63,719 nt of DNA, taken from IMG/VR virus record IMGVR_UViG_3300036851_000548, positions 1 through 63,719 of that record; one strand, given 5' to 3'. This DNA is from a virus. Its lineage: Duplodnaviria; Caudoviricetes. The notes beneath the pieces are model-generated. The model saw nothing but the letters and a program-made list of their open reading frames with translations, did not search any database and had not been told where the DNA came from. Positions within the stretch are counted from its first letter, which is position 1, and every line of letters starts with the position of its first letter. A program made the translations under genes and the position numbers. Below, piece after piece: positions 7,840 to 16,629 of the stretch.

Positions 7840-10215
7840 CTAACCCTGGGCGATGCGTCTCCGGAGTGCGGCGATCCTGTCCTGCGCGGCATCGACCTCG
7901 GCTGTGGCACGCTTGACCGCGCGGTCGTCTTTTGCGCGTCTCGCCCTTGTCCGCTTCGCCCTCACTTCCGTGCTGTGTCCGAGGACGCGAGGGAGTTCCT
8001 TCCGCGCGTCCTCGGCCGACATGTCGGTGACGGGCGTCCGCGCGTAGTCGGGAAGGAGGTCGTCCGCGGCAGGGGGCGGCACGGCTCGCGACTCGGGGGC
8101 CGAGCGTACCGTCGGCTCCGGCACGGCTAGCCTTTCGAGCGGGTCTCGGTCGGCGGACGCGGCCCGCGGGGCCTTCTCGTCCAGCACGCGTGCCGCGCGG
8201 GGGTTCAGGATCACGACGACGCTCGGGTTGCCCTGCCACGTCGTCTCTATCGCGTCGTACCCGTCCTTCACCATGAGTTCCCTTGCGCGCTTGAGCGCGC
8301 CGTCGCGATCGAAAACGTCCTCCATCTCCCACGCCTTTTGGTCGTATCGGTTCAGGAAGTTGAGCAGCTTCTTGGAGTCGTCCTCGGCCTTGAACACCTT
8401 CCGGGCGTTCACCGCGATCTCCAGGTTCTCGCTGCCGTATCTGTCCTTGCGCGCTTTCTGCGGCGTCGTGTAGAGGCCGTGGCCGAGCCTGATGTTGACG
8501 GACTTAGAGGGGTCGAACCCGCTTGTTTTGATGCCGCGCGCCCCGGCGAGGTTCGTCTGGTGGAAGACGGTCGGGGTGTCCCCGTATGCGCTGCCCGCCG
8601 TCCAGTCCGCGACGTCGTCCGGGTGGATCACGGTCGCGGACGGCAGGTCGATAGTGCGGGCGGCGGAGGTGGTGCAGGAGACGTTGAGCATCTCGTCTGG
8701 GTCGGGGGCGCTCCACCCGGCCGGTCCAGCCGCGGTCAGGGACGCAGCGATCCCGACGAGTGCGGCTTCGACGCGCTGCGTGTCCTCGTGCCCGGCGGCG
8801 CACGGGTGGTTCCCTCCCGCGGACGCGGTGACGGCCTCGGGGTCCTGCGTGTACCCCATCGCGCAGCGGCAGTTGCAGACCTCGGCCGGTGGCCCGGACG
8901 GGTCGCCGGGGTGCTCCAGGGAGGCGCCACCGACGTCGAAGTAGCCGTCGAGGGCGCGCGTCTGGCCGTCCAGGCCCGCGTAGGTCGCGTGCCGCGGGTA
9001 CTTGGCGCCGCGGGCGGTCATCCACGTCTTGAAGAACGCCTCGCCGGTCGCCTCCGCGACGATCCGGGTCGCAGCGAGGCTGCCGCCGTTGACGGCCCCG
9101 GCCAGTTCGGTGCGGGCGATCAGGCGCGCGCGGGCGGGTGCGGCCTCCCTCATCTTCGCGCGGATCGCGGCGGCGGTGTCGTCGATCGAGAGGCCCTCCT
9201 CGTGCGCGGCCCGGATGACGCGCATCACGTCCAGCTGCGTCGTCAGGGAGATGTGCCCGATCTGGCTGGCGGACTGCGCGAGCACCCGCTGCGCGACCGG
9301 GTGCGTGACGTCGAAGGAGAGGCCGACCCCCTCCAGGCTGGCGCGCATCATCGTCCGGACGACCTCCTGCCGGACGGGGTCGGTGCGCGTCCGCAGCTGC
9401 GCCGGGAGGCAGTAGCGCTCCTCCCCAGCCGCCGCGAGCGACGCGGTCGCGGCGGGGCGCCCGACGAGCGGGACGGGGACGATCTCGGTGTCGCCGCGGA
9501 CGACGAGCAGGTCGTCGAAGTGGAGCGGCGACCCGGACAGCGGCAGCATCTTCTCCAGCTCGCCGGGTTCGGGGTCGCCGTCGACGGTGATGTGCGCCTC
9601 GAAGCCGTGGTCGCGGCTGTAGCCGACCCCGGCGTCGACGAGCGCCTCGGTGACGGCGACGCGGAGCTCGACCAGGCCGGGCACGTCGGGGAGCAGGATC
9701 CCGACGCTGGAACCGTCGGGCATCCCGAACTGGCCGTATCCGCCGACCTGCCCGGCGAGCGGGGCGTGCTCGGCCGCCACGGCGGCGAGCGCGTCCGCGA
9801 CGGGGCGGAGGTCGCCGTCGACCTCGCCGAGGTAGCAGAGCGTGACGTGGAGGTTCTCGGCGGGGCCGCCGTCAGGGTCGGCGATGGCGGCGGCCTCGTC
9901 GGGACGCGGCTTCACGGCGACCATCGTGGAGTTCGCCTTCACGTCGACGGCGGCGGTCAGCGACATCGAGGCGAGGAGCCGCCTCGCCTCCCGCATCCCC
10001 ATCTTCTCGGCGGCGCGGACGTCGGCGGCGCGCAGGCGGGCGGCGGCGGCGAGGTGGTCGACCGCGAGCGCGGAGAACGCGCGGGCGGCCTCGTCCCCGG
10101 CGCGTTCGAGCACCGGCTCCAGGATCCGGGCGAACTTCTCCTCCATCTCGCGCGCACGCCGCTCGCCCTGCCGGAGCACGGCGTTGTGGCGGGCGGCGGA
10201 GGGCGCGTCCGGCAT
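7840..10215 (-). CDS. MuF-like minor head protein fused to a 2H phosphoesterase and a C-terminal ADP-ribosyltransferase-like domain
   Basis: HVTL and HITV (two HxT motifs); RARLIARTE...KTW...HPGDPSGPPAEVCNCRC (MuF); FHQT...GHGLYTT...GYDAI (ART-like); TGATG overlap with portal. Confidence 0.75.
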   Translation of the reverse strand: MPDAPSAARHNAVLRQGERRAREMEEKFARILEPVLERAGDEAARAFSALAVDHLAAAARLRAADVRAAEKMGMREARRLLASMSLTAAVDVKANSTMVAVKPRPDEAAAIADPDGGPAENLHVTLCYLGEVDGDLRPVADALAAVAAEHAPLAGQVGGYGQFGMPDGSSVGILLPDVPGLVELRVAVTEALVDAGVGYSRDHGFEAHITVDGDPEPGELEKMLPLSGSPLHFDDLLVVRGDTEIVPVPLVGRPAATASLAAAGEERYCLPAQLRTRTDPVRQEVVRTMMRASLEGVGLSFDVTHPVAQRVLAQSASQIGHISLTTQLDVMRVIRAAHEEGLSIDDTAAAIRAKMREAAPARARLIARTELAGAVNGGSLAATRIVAEATGEAFFKTWMTARGAKYPRHATYAGLDGQTRALDGYFDVGGASLEHPGDPSGPPAEVCNCRCAMGYTQDPEAVTASAGGNHPCAAGHEDTQRVEAALVGIAASLTAAGPAGWSAPDPDEMLNVSCTTSAARTIDLPSATVIHPDDVADWTAGSAYGDTPTVFHQTNLAGARGIKTSGFDPSKSVNIRLGHGLYTTPQKARKDRYGSENLEIAVNARKVFKAEDDSKKLLNFLNRYDQKAWEMEDVFDRDGALKRARELMVKDGYDAIETTWQGNPSVVVILNPRAARVLDEKAPRAASADRDPLERLAVPEPTVRSAPESRAVPPPAADDLLPDYARTPVTDMSAEDARKELPRVLGHSTEVRAKRTRARRAKDDRAVKRATAEVDAAQDRIAALRRRIAQG

Positions 10216-12113
10216 CAGCCCAGGAGACCGGCGACGTAGTTCGTGAACGTCGAAGGAAGCGGGCCGGGCCGCTCCTGGTAGAGCGTGCGGACGGCGTGCT
10301 GCTCGACGGCCTGGACGACGCGCTCGACGAGGTCCTCGTCCGCGATGCCGTAGACGCGGAGCGCGTCCGCGATCAGGTCGCGGCACCCGGCCACGAGCGC
10401 GGCCTCGCTGCCGTTCAGGGAGCGGACGCGGTCGCGGCCGAGGATGGCGGCGACCTGGCCGGGCCGGACGCCGTCGATCGCCTCCAGCATCTTCGGGTCG
10501 CGCTTCGCGAGCGACCGGATCCGGTTTCCGGCGGCCTCGCGGGCGCGGAGCAGCGACAGGTCGGCGGCGCCGAGGACGCGCGCGACCGTCGCCGCGGAGA
10601 CGAGCGACGAGTCGTCGCGCTCGCCGGGCGGCTCGGGCGGCTCCTTCACGGCCTCCGCCGAGGAGGTGCCCGCGTCGATCGTGTCGTCGGCCGCGGTGGC
10701 GCGGCTCAGGTCCTCCTTGTCGCTGACGTGGCCGGTGACGGCGAGGACGCCGTCGTTGACGGCGACCCCGATCCGCCGCGTCATCTCGTCGGGGTCGGTG
10801 ATCGCGTCGCTGTCGTCGAACCCGGCGGCGTCGCGGAGGCTGGCGTCGCTGATCGCGAGCGACTTGTGCAGGTCCTTCGCGTCCTTCGTCCGGTCGGGGT
10901 GGTTGATGATCGCGGCGGCGTCGTAGCCGATGTAGAAGTCGCCCCAGTTCGTGACGCCGTCGGCCTTCAGCTGCGGCCGGAAGTACGCGGCGGAGAGGTC
11001 ATCGACGAGCTGCTGCGCCTTCGGCTGCAGGTGCCCCTTCCACGTCTGCTCGTCCACCTGCCACGCCGACCAGTGGTTCGCGTCGCCGAGGCCCATCAGG
11101 ATCTCGACGGGCATGTCGAGACCGATCGCGATCCGCTTGATGCACTCGTAGCGGAGGCCGGTCTCGGGGTACAGCTGCATCGGGTCGACGATCTGCAGGT
11201 GGTAGACGAGGTCCTTGACGGGGCGCGTCTCGTCGGTGGGCATCCGGACGACGAGGGGCACGACCGATGACGCGGCGCCCTCGTCGACGATCGGGGTCGT
11301 CATCGCGTCCACGAGGTCCTTCACGAACGGGTCGGCCTCAGGGTCCTCGTCGCCGACCGGCTCCGGCGGCGGCGGGCTGACTCGGTCGTCGATGAAGAGG
11401 ACGCCTGACCCGGCGAGCCTCGACTTCGCGCGCGCCCGCACCGACTGCGTCAGCAGGACGAGCTCCTCGCAGAGGTCGAGGACGCCCTGCATGGTCGAGT
11501 CCGCGAGCTGGGAGTAGCGCGGGTGCCGCTGCCAGAGCCTGTACGCGACCGCGTCGGTGTCGCCGACCGGCTCGAAGTCGGCCTCGCCGAGGTCCTTGTA
11601 GTTCTCGGCCTGCAGCGACGGCGCCTTCACGCGCAGGTACGTACCGCCCTGGATCCTCAGCTCGTCCGACGACAGCATCTCCCACTGCTCCATGTCGGTC
11701 TCGGGGTTCTTGGAGACGAACAGGATCGACTCGCCGGTCAGGAACATCAGCCGCCCGTAGGCGGAGAGGAGCGCGGTGCGGCCGCCGCCGGGGTCCTGCA
11801 CCCGCGCGAGCGCGTCGACGGCCTGCGGGTCGTCGGTCTCGACCAGCTCGCCGTCCTTCATCACGGCGGGGAAGAGCCGCAGCTGCGAGAGGCCGCGCGA
11901 GTAGAACTGCGCCGCGTACTTGATCTCGCCGAGCATGTCGTAGTAGGCGAACGCGCGCGACTGCCACGGCTGCACGAGGCGGCGGACGTCGTCGCCCTGC
12001 TTCTTCGCGTTGACGCGGGCGCCGGACGCCGTGAGCGCGTTCGCGCTCCTGTAGGCGGACGCGCCCGGGTTCAGGATCCGGGAGGCGGGCGGCCGTCGGC
12101 GGAGGATCGCCAC
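10215..12113 (-). CDS. portal protein
   Basis: WQSRAFAYYDMLGEIKY, RIAIGLDMPVEILMG and NHWSAW motifs of actinophage portals; 632 aa; upstream of MuF. Confidence 0.85.
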   Translation of the reverse strand: MAILRRRPPASRILNPGASAYRSANALTASGARVNAKKQGDDVRRLVQPWQSRAFAYYDMLGEIKYAAQFYSRGLSQLRLFPAVMKDGELVETDDPQAVDALARVQDPGGGRTALLSAYGRLMFLTGESILFVSKNPETDMEQWEMLSSDELRIQGGTYLRVKAPSLQAENYKDLGEADFEPVGDTDAVAYRLWQRHPRYSQLADSTMQGVLDLCEELVLLTQSVRARAKSRLAGSGVLFIDDRVSPPPPEPVGDEDPEADPFVKDLVDAMTTPIVDEGAASSVVPLVVRMPTDETRPVKDLVYHLQIVDPMQLYPETGLRYECIKRIAIGLDMPVEILMGLGDANHWSAWQVDEQTWKGHLQPKAQQLVDDLSAAYFRPQLKADGVTNWGDFYIGYDAAAIINHPDRTKDAKDLHKSLAISDASLRDAAGFDDSDAITDPDEMTRRIGVAVNDGVLAVTGHVSDKEDLSRATAADDTIDAGTSSAEAVKEPPEPPGERDDSSLVSAATVARVLGAADLSLLRAREAAGNRIRSLAKRDPKMLEAIDGVRPGQVAAILGRDRVRSLNGSEAALVAGCRDLIADALRVYGIADEDLVERVVQAVEQHAVRTLYQERPGPLPSTFTNYVAGLLG

Positions 12114-12119
12114 CCCGGT

Positions 12120-12302
12120 CTACTCGGCCGGAGCGGGGGAGGGCTGCCGCGGCGGCCGCTGCTGCGGCCCGTTCCAGGTGTAGCCGGGCTGGCCGGGGCC
12201 GCCCGGGCGGCGCACCTGCTGCTGCCGGTCGCGGGCGCGGCCTCCGCCAGCCTCCCTGGTCGCCGCCTGCCTCGCCGTCGAGCCAGCGCATCCACATGCC
12301 AT
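12120..12302 (-). CDS. small MACGC-start hypothetical protein
   Basis: GAGGAGG RBS; fills the gap before portal. Confidence 0.6.
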   Translation of the reverse strand: MACGCAGSTARQAATREAGGGRARDRQQQVRRPGGPGQPGYTWNGPQQRPPRQPSPAPAE

Positions 12303-12365
12303 CGTCGCGTTCCCTCCTCGCTCGGTTTGCCGTGCCCGCCCCGCCTAGTTTCGCACGGGCGGCGG

Positions 12366-12803
12366 CTACGCCGTGCCCGGCGGGTCCTTCAGACCGAGTC
12401 GGGGGGCGGGGCGCTCCCCGACCGTGAGCGTCCCCTGCAGCGCCCGCGCCCCGGCGGCTGCGGCTCCGACGATCGCGGCCGTCAGGAGCGCGCGGACGGC
12501 GGCGAGGTCGGGGGCCTCCAGCGCACCGGGAAGCGTGATCAGGAGCGAACTCAGGAAGCCGTGCAGGTACGAGTCGGCCCATTCGCCGTAAGGGTCGACG
12601 ATCCAGTGGCGGACGGAGAGCTGCGGGACGAACACCTGGACGGCGCGGATCCCGGCGGCGGTGGACGCGAGCAGCGCGGCCAGGCCGAGCGACCGCATCG
12701 CTTGCAGGTCGGGGGCGGCGAGGACGCCGGGGGCGAAGACGACGAGGGCGCCGACGAACACGCGCAGGAACGCGCGGCCGGTGGCGGAGAGCAGGGAGCG
12801 CAT
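12366..12803 (-). CDS. holin-like membrane protein with an internal duplication
   Basis: four hydrophobic helices in two similar halves (APDLQAMRSL / APDLAAVRAL); GGAGG RBS. Confidence 0.55.
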   Translation of the reverse strand: MRSLLSATGRAFLRVFVGALVVFAPGVLAAPDLQAMRSLGLAALLASTAAGIRAVQVFVPQLSVRHWIVDPYGEWADSYLHGFLSSLLITLPGALEAPDLAAVRALLTAAIVGAAAAGARALQGTLTVGERPAPRLGLKDPPGTA

Positions 12804-12986
12804 GACGTGGCCTCCAGGTTCGGTGTCGCCTCGAACGGTAACGCGGCTGGCGGCTGGTGTTGCGGCGGGTTCCCTCGGCGCAGGGCCGTCCCGCCGTCTT
12901 TCAGCGATGGTCTTACGCCCTCGCCGTGCTCCCCGAGCGCCGTCCGGGAGGCGGGTCGACGGACCGCCTTGGGGTCATCTATCGGA

Positions 12987-13062
12987 TAGCACCGGCGGGA
13001 TTCGAACCCGCGACCTCCGCGTTATGAGCGCGGCGAGATGGGCCTGGCTTCTCCACGGTGCG
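12987..13062 (-). tRNA. tRNA-Met(CAT), initiator-like
   Basis: full cloverleaf: acceptor CGCACCG/CGGTGCT with C1xU72 mismatch, D stem GAGA/TCTC, anticodon arm CCGCG-CTCATAA-CGCGG, T arm GCGGG-TTCGAAT-CCCGC; CCA not encoded. Confidence 0.92.
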
Positions 13063-13067
13063 GGCGC

Positions 13068-13090
13068 ATCGTAGCGCGGCGGGCGGACGG
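13068..13090 (-). promoter_or_regulatory. CCGTCCG-N10-TACGAT promoter motif for the tRNA
   Basis: -10-like hexamer ends 5 nt before tRNA base 1. Confidence 0.7.
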
Positions 13091-13136
13091 TGGCCGGGCT
13101 GGGCGGTCCCCCGGCCGCCGTCCTGGGCGCCGCCCG

Positions 13137-13304
13137 CTACTCGGCGTCCGGCTCGGCCTCGTCGCCGTCGCCCGGCTCGCCGTCCGCGGCGGGGTCGTCC
13201 GCGCCCGCCCCGGCTTCGTCGTCGGCGGTCGTCTCGGGGTCGGCGCCGGTGCCGCCGTCGCCGTCGCCGCCGGACTGCGTCTCGTACATGATGTCGCTCT
13301 TCAA
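13137..13304 (-). CDS. small acidic low-complexity protein
   Basis: AAAGGAG RBS before TTG; D/G/E-rich. Confidence 0.5.
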   Translation of the reverse strand: MKSDIMYETQSGGDGDGGTGADPETTADDEAGAGADDPAADGEPGDGDEAEPDAE

Positions 13305-13363
13305 GGCGACTCCTTTCGGTTGGGTGGCGCCGAGCCTATACCCGCCCGAGGGGGAAGGGAAGC

Positions 13364-13843
13364 CTACGGGTCGAGGTTCCGGGCGAGGAGTCCGACGGCT
13401 CCGGAGAGCGCGAACGGCGCGATCAGCCAGAGCGTCCACGCTGGCGTGAGGTTCCAGCTCGCGTAGGCGGCGAGGCTGACCCACCAGCCGAGGCAGAACG
13501 GGCAGTGGACGAGGTGCGCGAGCGTCGGCCGGTCGTACGCCGGACGCACGTCGCTCACCTCAGACGGCGGCTGCTTCCCCGGCAGGCCGAGGTCGGGAGC
13601 TTCGGCCGGGAGGTCGTCCTGCGTGATCCCAGTGCGCTCAAGCCGCGCCTCGGTCAGCTCGGAGAACTCGCGCTCGACGAACTCGACCTGCACCGGCTGA
13701 GTCGTGACCCAGCGCTCGCCGATCGCCCACTGGCGGACGCGGAGGATCGGGGGCCAGTCGTCCCAGCCGAGGAAGCGGGTGATGCGGTAGCAGCCGAACG
13801 CGAGGACGATCGCGTGCCACGGGTCGGGGATCGCGACGTCCAC
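13364..13843 (-). CDS. DUF1360-like membrane protein
   Basis: YRITRF...DD and LVHCPFCLGWW motifs; commonly found near actinophage portal genes. Confidence 0.75.
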   Translation of the reverse strand: MDVAIPDPWHAIVLAFGCYRITRFLGWDDWPPILRVRQWAIGERWVTTQPVQVEFVEREFSELTEARLERTGITQDDLPAEAPDLGLPGKQPPSEVSDVRPAYDRPTLAHLVHCPFCLGWWVSLAAYASWNLTPAWTLWLIAPFALSGAVGLLARNLDP

Positions 13844-13845
13844 GG

Positions 13846-14064
13846 CTATCGGTCCTCGACCGGCACGCCGAGGTAGACGCCGAGGCAGCGGGCGACGTCG
13901 CGGGCTTCCTGCTCGTACGCGTTGCTGAACAGGATGCGCTCGCACCAGCCGTAGTCGGCGACCACGCCGAAGAGCGGCGTCGCGTGGCCCTCGGGCGTGA
14001 AGTCGCACACGATGAACTTCTCCGGAGCCTTGCCTTCGTGCTCTAGCGGGTTGGGTCGCGCCAT
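13846..14064 (-). CDS. hypothetical protein
   Basis: GAGGAG RBS; tight gene packing. Confidence 0.55.
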   Translation of the reverse strand: MARPNPLEHEGKAPEKFIVCDFTPEGHATPLFGVVADYGWCERILFSNAYEQEARDVARCLGVYLGVPVEDR

Positions 14065-14075
14065 GGTTGCTCCTC

Positions 14076-14288
14076 TCAGGTGATGTCGGCCGCGTTCGGG
14101 TCGTCGCGGGCTATCGCGATCAGCCAGCCTGCCGCCCACAGGAGCAGGGGGACGGCGATCCAGAGCTCGGCTGGCCCTTCGATCGCCAGGAACGTGAACA
14201 CGAGCGCCGCCAGCGCCGCGACGAGTCCGGCGACGAACAAGCGCCTGCTGTAGACGGTGATGCTGAGGACTGTGCTGGTCTCGATCAT
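14076..14288 (-). CDS. small membrane protein
   Basis: two TM segments; ATGA overlap. Confidence 0.55.
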   Translation of the reverse strand: MIETSTVLSITVYSRRLFVAGLVAALAALVFTFLAIEGPAELWIAVPLLLWAAGWLIAIARDDPNAADIT

Positions 14289-15181
14289 GTTGCCTCCTTC
14301 TCGTTGAACCACTCGGCCGTCATGGCCAGACCTTCCTCGATCGTCGTCGCCGGTGCCCAGCCGAGCGCGGCGATCCTGTCGATGTTCGCGAGCAGGAACG
14401 GCGGCTCTCCCCCGCGTCCGTGTTCGAAGCGCACCGGCGCGCCCAGCATGTCGGCGACCTCGCGGGGGCTGCGCGCGGAGCCGGAGCCGACGTTGAGGAC
14501 GTGGATCCCGTCGAGCGCGAGCAGGTGCGCGTGCGCGGCGGCGAGGTCGCCCACGTAGACGAGGTCGCGCCTCTGCTCGCCCCGATTGTAGAGCGGCGCT
14601 GGCTCGCCCGTCGCGGCCGCCCGGATCAGCGCGGGCACGAGGTGCGTCTCAGGCCTGTGGTTCTCGCGGGGTCCGTACGGGTTGAAGTAGCGGAGCGAGC
14701 AGGCGTCCCACCCATAGGTGCGAGCCCACCCGAGGATCAGGTCCTCGGCAGCGAGCTTCGTCGCGGCGTACGGGGACGCCGGGGCCGCCGGGGCGTCCTC
14801 GGGGATCGGCCCGTCCGCAGACGCGAACCCGTACACGGCAGCGGTCGAGCTGTAGATGATCCGGCCGCACCCGGCCTCGCACATCGCGGCGAGGAGCGCC
14901 GCCGTGCCTCGCACGTTGGTCTCGAAGTACCCGCCGGGGTGCGCGCAGCTCTCCGGCACCGACGTCCTCGCGGCGAGGTGGACGACCGCGTCGACGTCGC
15001 AGTAGGCGGGAGCGAGGTCGGCGAGCGCGACCTGCGAGAAGGCGTCGATGTCCGCCCAGGCGTCCTCAAGCCGCGACGCGCTCAGGTCATCGACGACCTT
15101 CACCGAGTGGCCGTCGGCTTTCAGCGCAGCCGCGACGTGCTGGCCGACGAACCCCATGCCGCCCGTGACGAGGACCCTCAT
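14285..15181 (-). CDS. NAD-dependent epimerase/dehydratase (UDP-glucose 4-epimerase-like)
   Basis: TGGMGFVG Rossmann motif, SSTAAVYG, YAATK catalytic motif, LRYFNPYG. Confidence 0.9.
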   Translation of the reverse strand: MRVLVTGGMGFVGQHVAAALKADGHSVKVVDDLSASRLEDAWADIDAFSQVALADLAPAYCDVDAVVHLAARTSVPESCAHPGGYFETNVRGTAALLAAMCEAGCGRIIYSSTAAVYGFASADGPIPEDAPAAPASPYAATKLAAEDLILGWARTYGWDACSLRYFNPYGPRENHRPETHLVPALIRAAATGEPAPLYNRGEQRRDLVYVGDLAAAHAHLLALDGIHVLNVGSGSARSPREVADMLGAPVRFEHGRGGEPPFLLANIDRIAALGWAPATTIEEGLAMTAEWFNEKEAT

Positions 15182-15945
15182 GCGCCGGGGGCGGGGTCGT
15201 AGATCAGCGTCTCGTCGGCGGCGGGGTCCTCGCGCCAGAACCACGTCCGGAAGTGCTCCAGGACGGCCTCGTCGGTGGCTCCCTGGAACATGCGCCAGTG
15301 CGCGCCGACGCTCGGATCCATGCCGGTGGCGGCGTAGGCGCGCTCGCCGTTCCGGATCTTGCGGAGGTACTGCTCCGGGCTGCGCCAGCTGTAGTGGCGG
15401 ATGACGAGGCCGGACGAGGTCACCCCGGTGCCTGGCGCCCAAGCGGAGTGGTTGCCCATCCGGATCTCCAGGCCGGGGCGGGCGCGGCAGCAGACCTTGC
15501 CGAGCGCGCCGTGCTCGCGCTGCCTCCACCCGATCCGCAGGAACGGCGACGGCTCGTCGGCGGGATCGAGCGCGGACGGTATGTGGTTGTAGAGGTCGGC
15601 GGTAACGAACGCGACGTCGGGAGCGAGTCCGGCGAGGAACGCGGCGAGGGTGCGGCCGTCGGGGGCGTACCAGTACTCGTCGGCGTCGCAGGGGATGACC
15701 CAGTCGAAGCCGCGGGCAAGCGCGTGCGCCGCGAGGTCGCTCGTCTTGCGGTCCTGGTAGTAGCCGACCTCGGGGTCGTCGATGACCTGCAGCGGCCCGC
15801 CGATAGCGCGGAGGACGTCGCGGGTGCCGTCGGTCGAGCCGTTGTCCGAGACGATCACGTAGTCGACCTGCCCGAGCAGGTGCCGGACGGTGTGCCCGAT
15901 GATGTCGGCCTCGTCCTTGACCAGCATGACCGCGCAGACGCTCAT
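15178..15945 (-). CDS. glycosyltransferase family 2
   Basis: VKDEAD, DNGSTDGT, CDADE. Confidence 0.88.
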   Translation of the reverse strand: MSVCAVMLVKDEADIIGHTVRHLLGQVDYVIVSDNGSTDGTRDVLRAIGGPLQVIDDPEVGYYQDRKTSDLAAHALARGFDWVIPCDADEYWYAPDGRTLAAFLAGLAPDVAFVTADLYNHIPSALDPADEPSPFLRIGWRQREHGALGKVCCRARPGLEIRMGNHSAWAPGTGVTSSGLVIRHYSWRSPEQYLRKIRNGERAYAATGMDPSVGAHWRMFQGATDEAVLEHFRTWFWREDPAADETLIYDPAPGA

Positions 15946-16629
15946 TCTCCGTGCCTCGGGTCGTGCGGCTCCGGCTCGACCAGTGAGTACCTCCGCAGGA
16001 GCCAGTCGCCGAGGCGCCCCGTCCACGGCTGGTCTCCGAGCCAGACGAGCGGGTCGCTGAGAGGCCGGATACCGGCAGCCTTGAAGGCGAGGAGCATGCG
16101 AGCGATCGCGAGACCGAGCGTCGTGCCGAAGATCGCGGCGACGAGCGCGTCCTCTCGCCGTACGGCGATCACGACGAGGGCGACCACCAAGATCACGTTG
16201 AGCGCGCAGACCGACAGCGTCAGGCGGTGATAGGCGCTCACCCGTGCACCGTATCGCGCAGGGGGCGGAGGCGTCCGCCGGGGTCGTGCGTCGCCCTGTC
16301 CCATGTCGAGTTGCAGAGGCAGACGTACTGGCGGATCTCGCCGCCGTGGTTGCGCCTGTTGGACGGGTGCCACGGGCAGTTCGGCTTGTGCTCTGGTTCC
16401 TTCGGCTGGCTAGCGGCGCGGCGCGGCCGGGCTCCGGCGCGGCTCACGGTCGTCCCTCGGTGACCTTGCTGGAGTGGATCGCCATCGAGTGCAGGCCGTC
16501 GGCGTCGTGCCACTCGATTCCGAGACAGTCGCCCTCCCGGCCCCAGATGCGGACGGTCGTGCCCGCCTTCAGCACCGACCCGGATTCAAGCTGCACGTCC
16601 CGGCGGACGATTGCCGTCTCGGGGGTCAC
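15942..16629 (-). CDS. three small coupled hypothetical genes (15942-16241 membrane; 16238-16447; 16444-16629)
   Basis: GTGA overlaps between consecutive ORFs. Confidence 0.5.

Noticed and set aside
12987-13062. tRNA as a prophage attachment site or boundary
   Set aside because: Phage genes continue co-directionally on both sides; no integrase or duplicated tRNA 3' end was seen.
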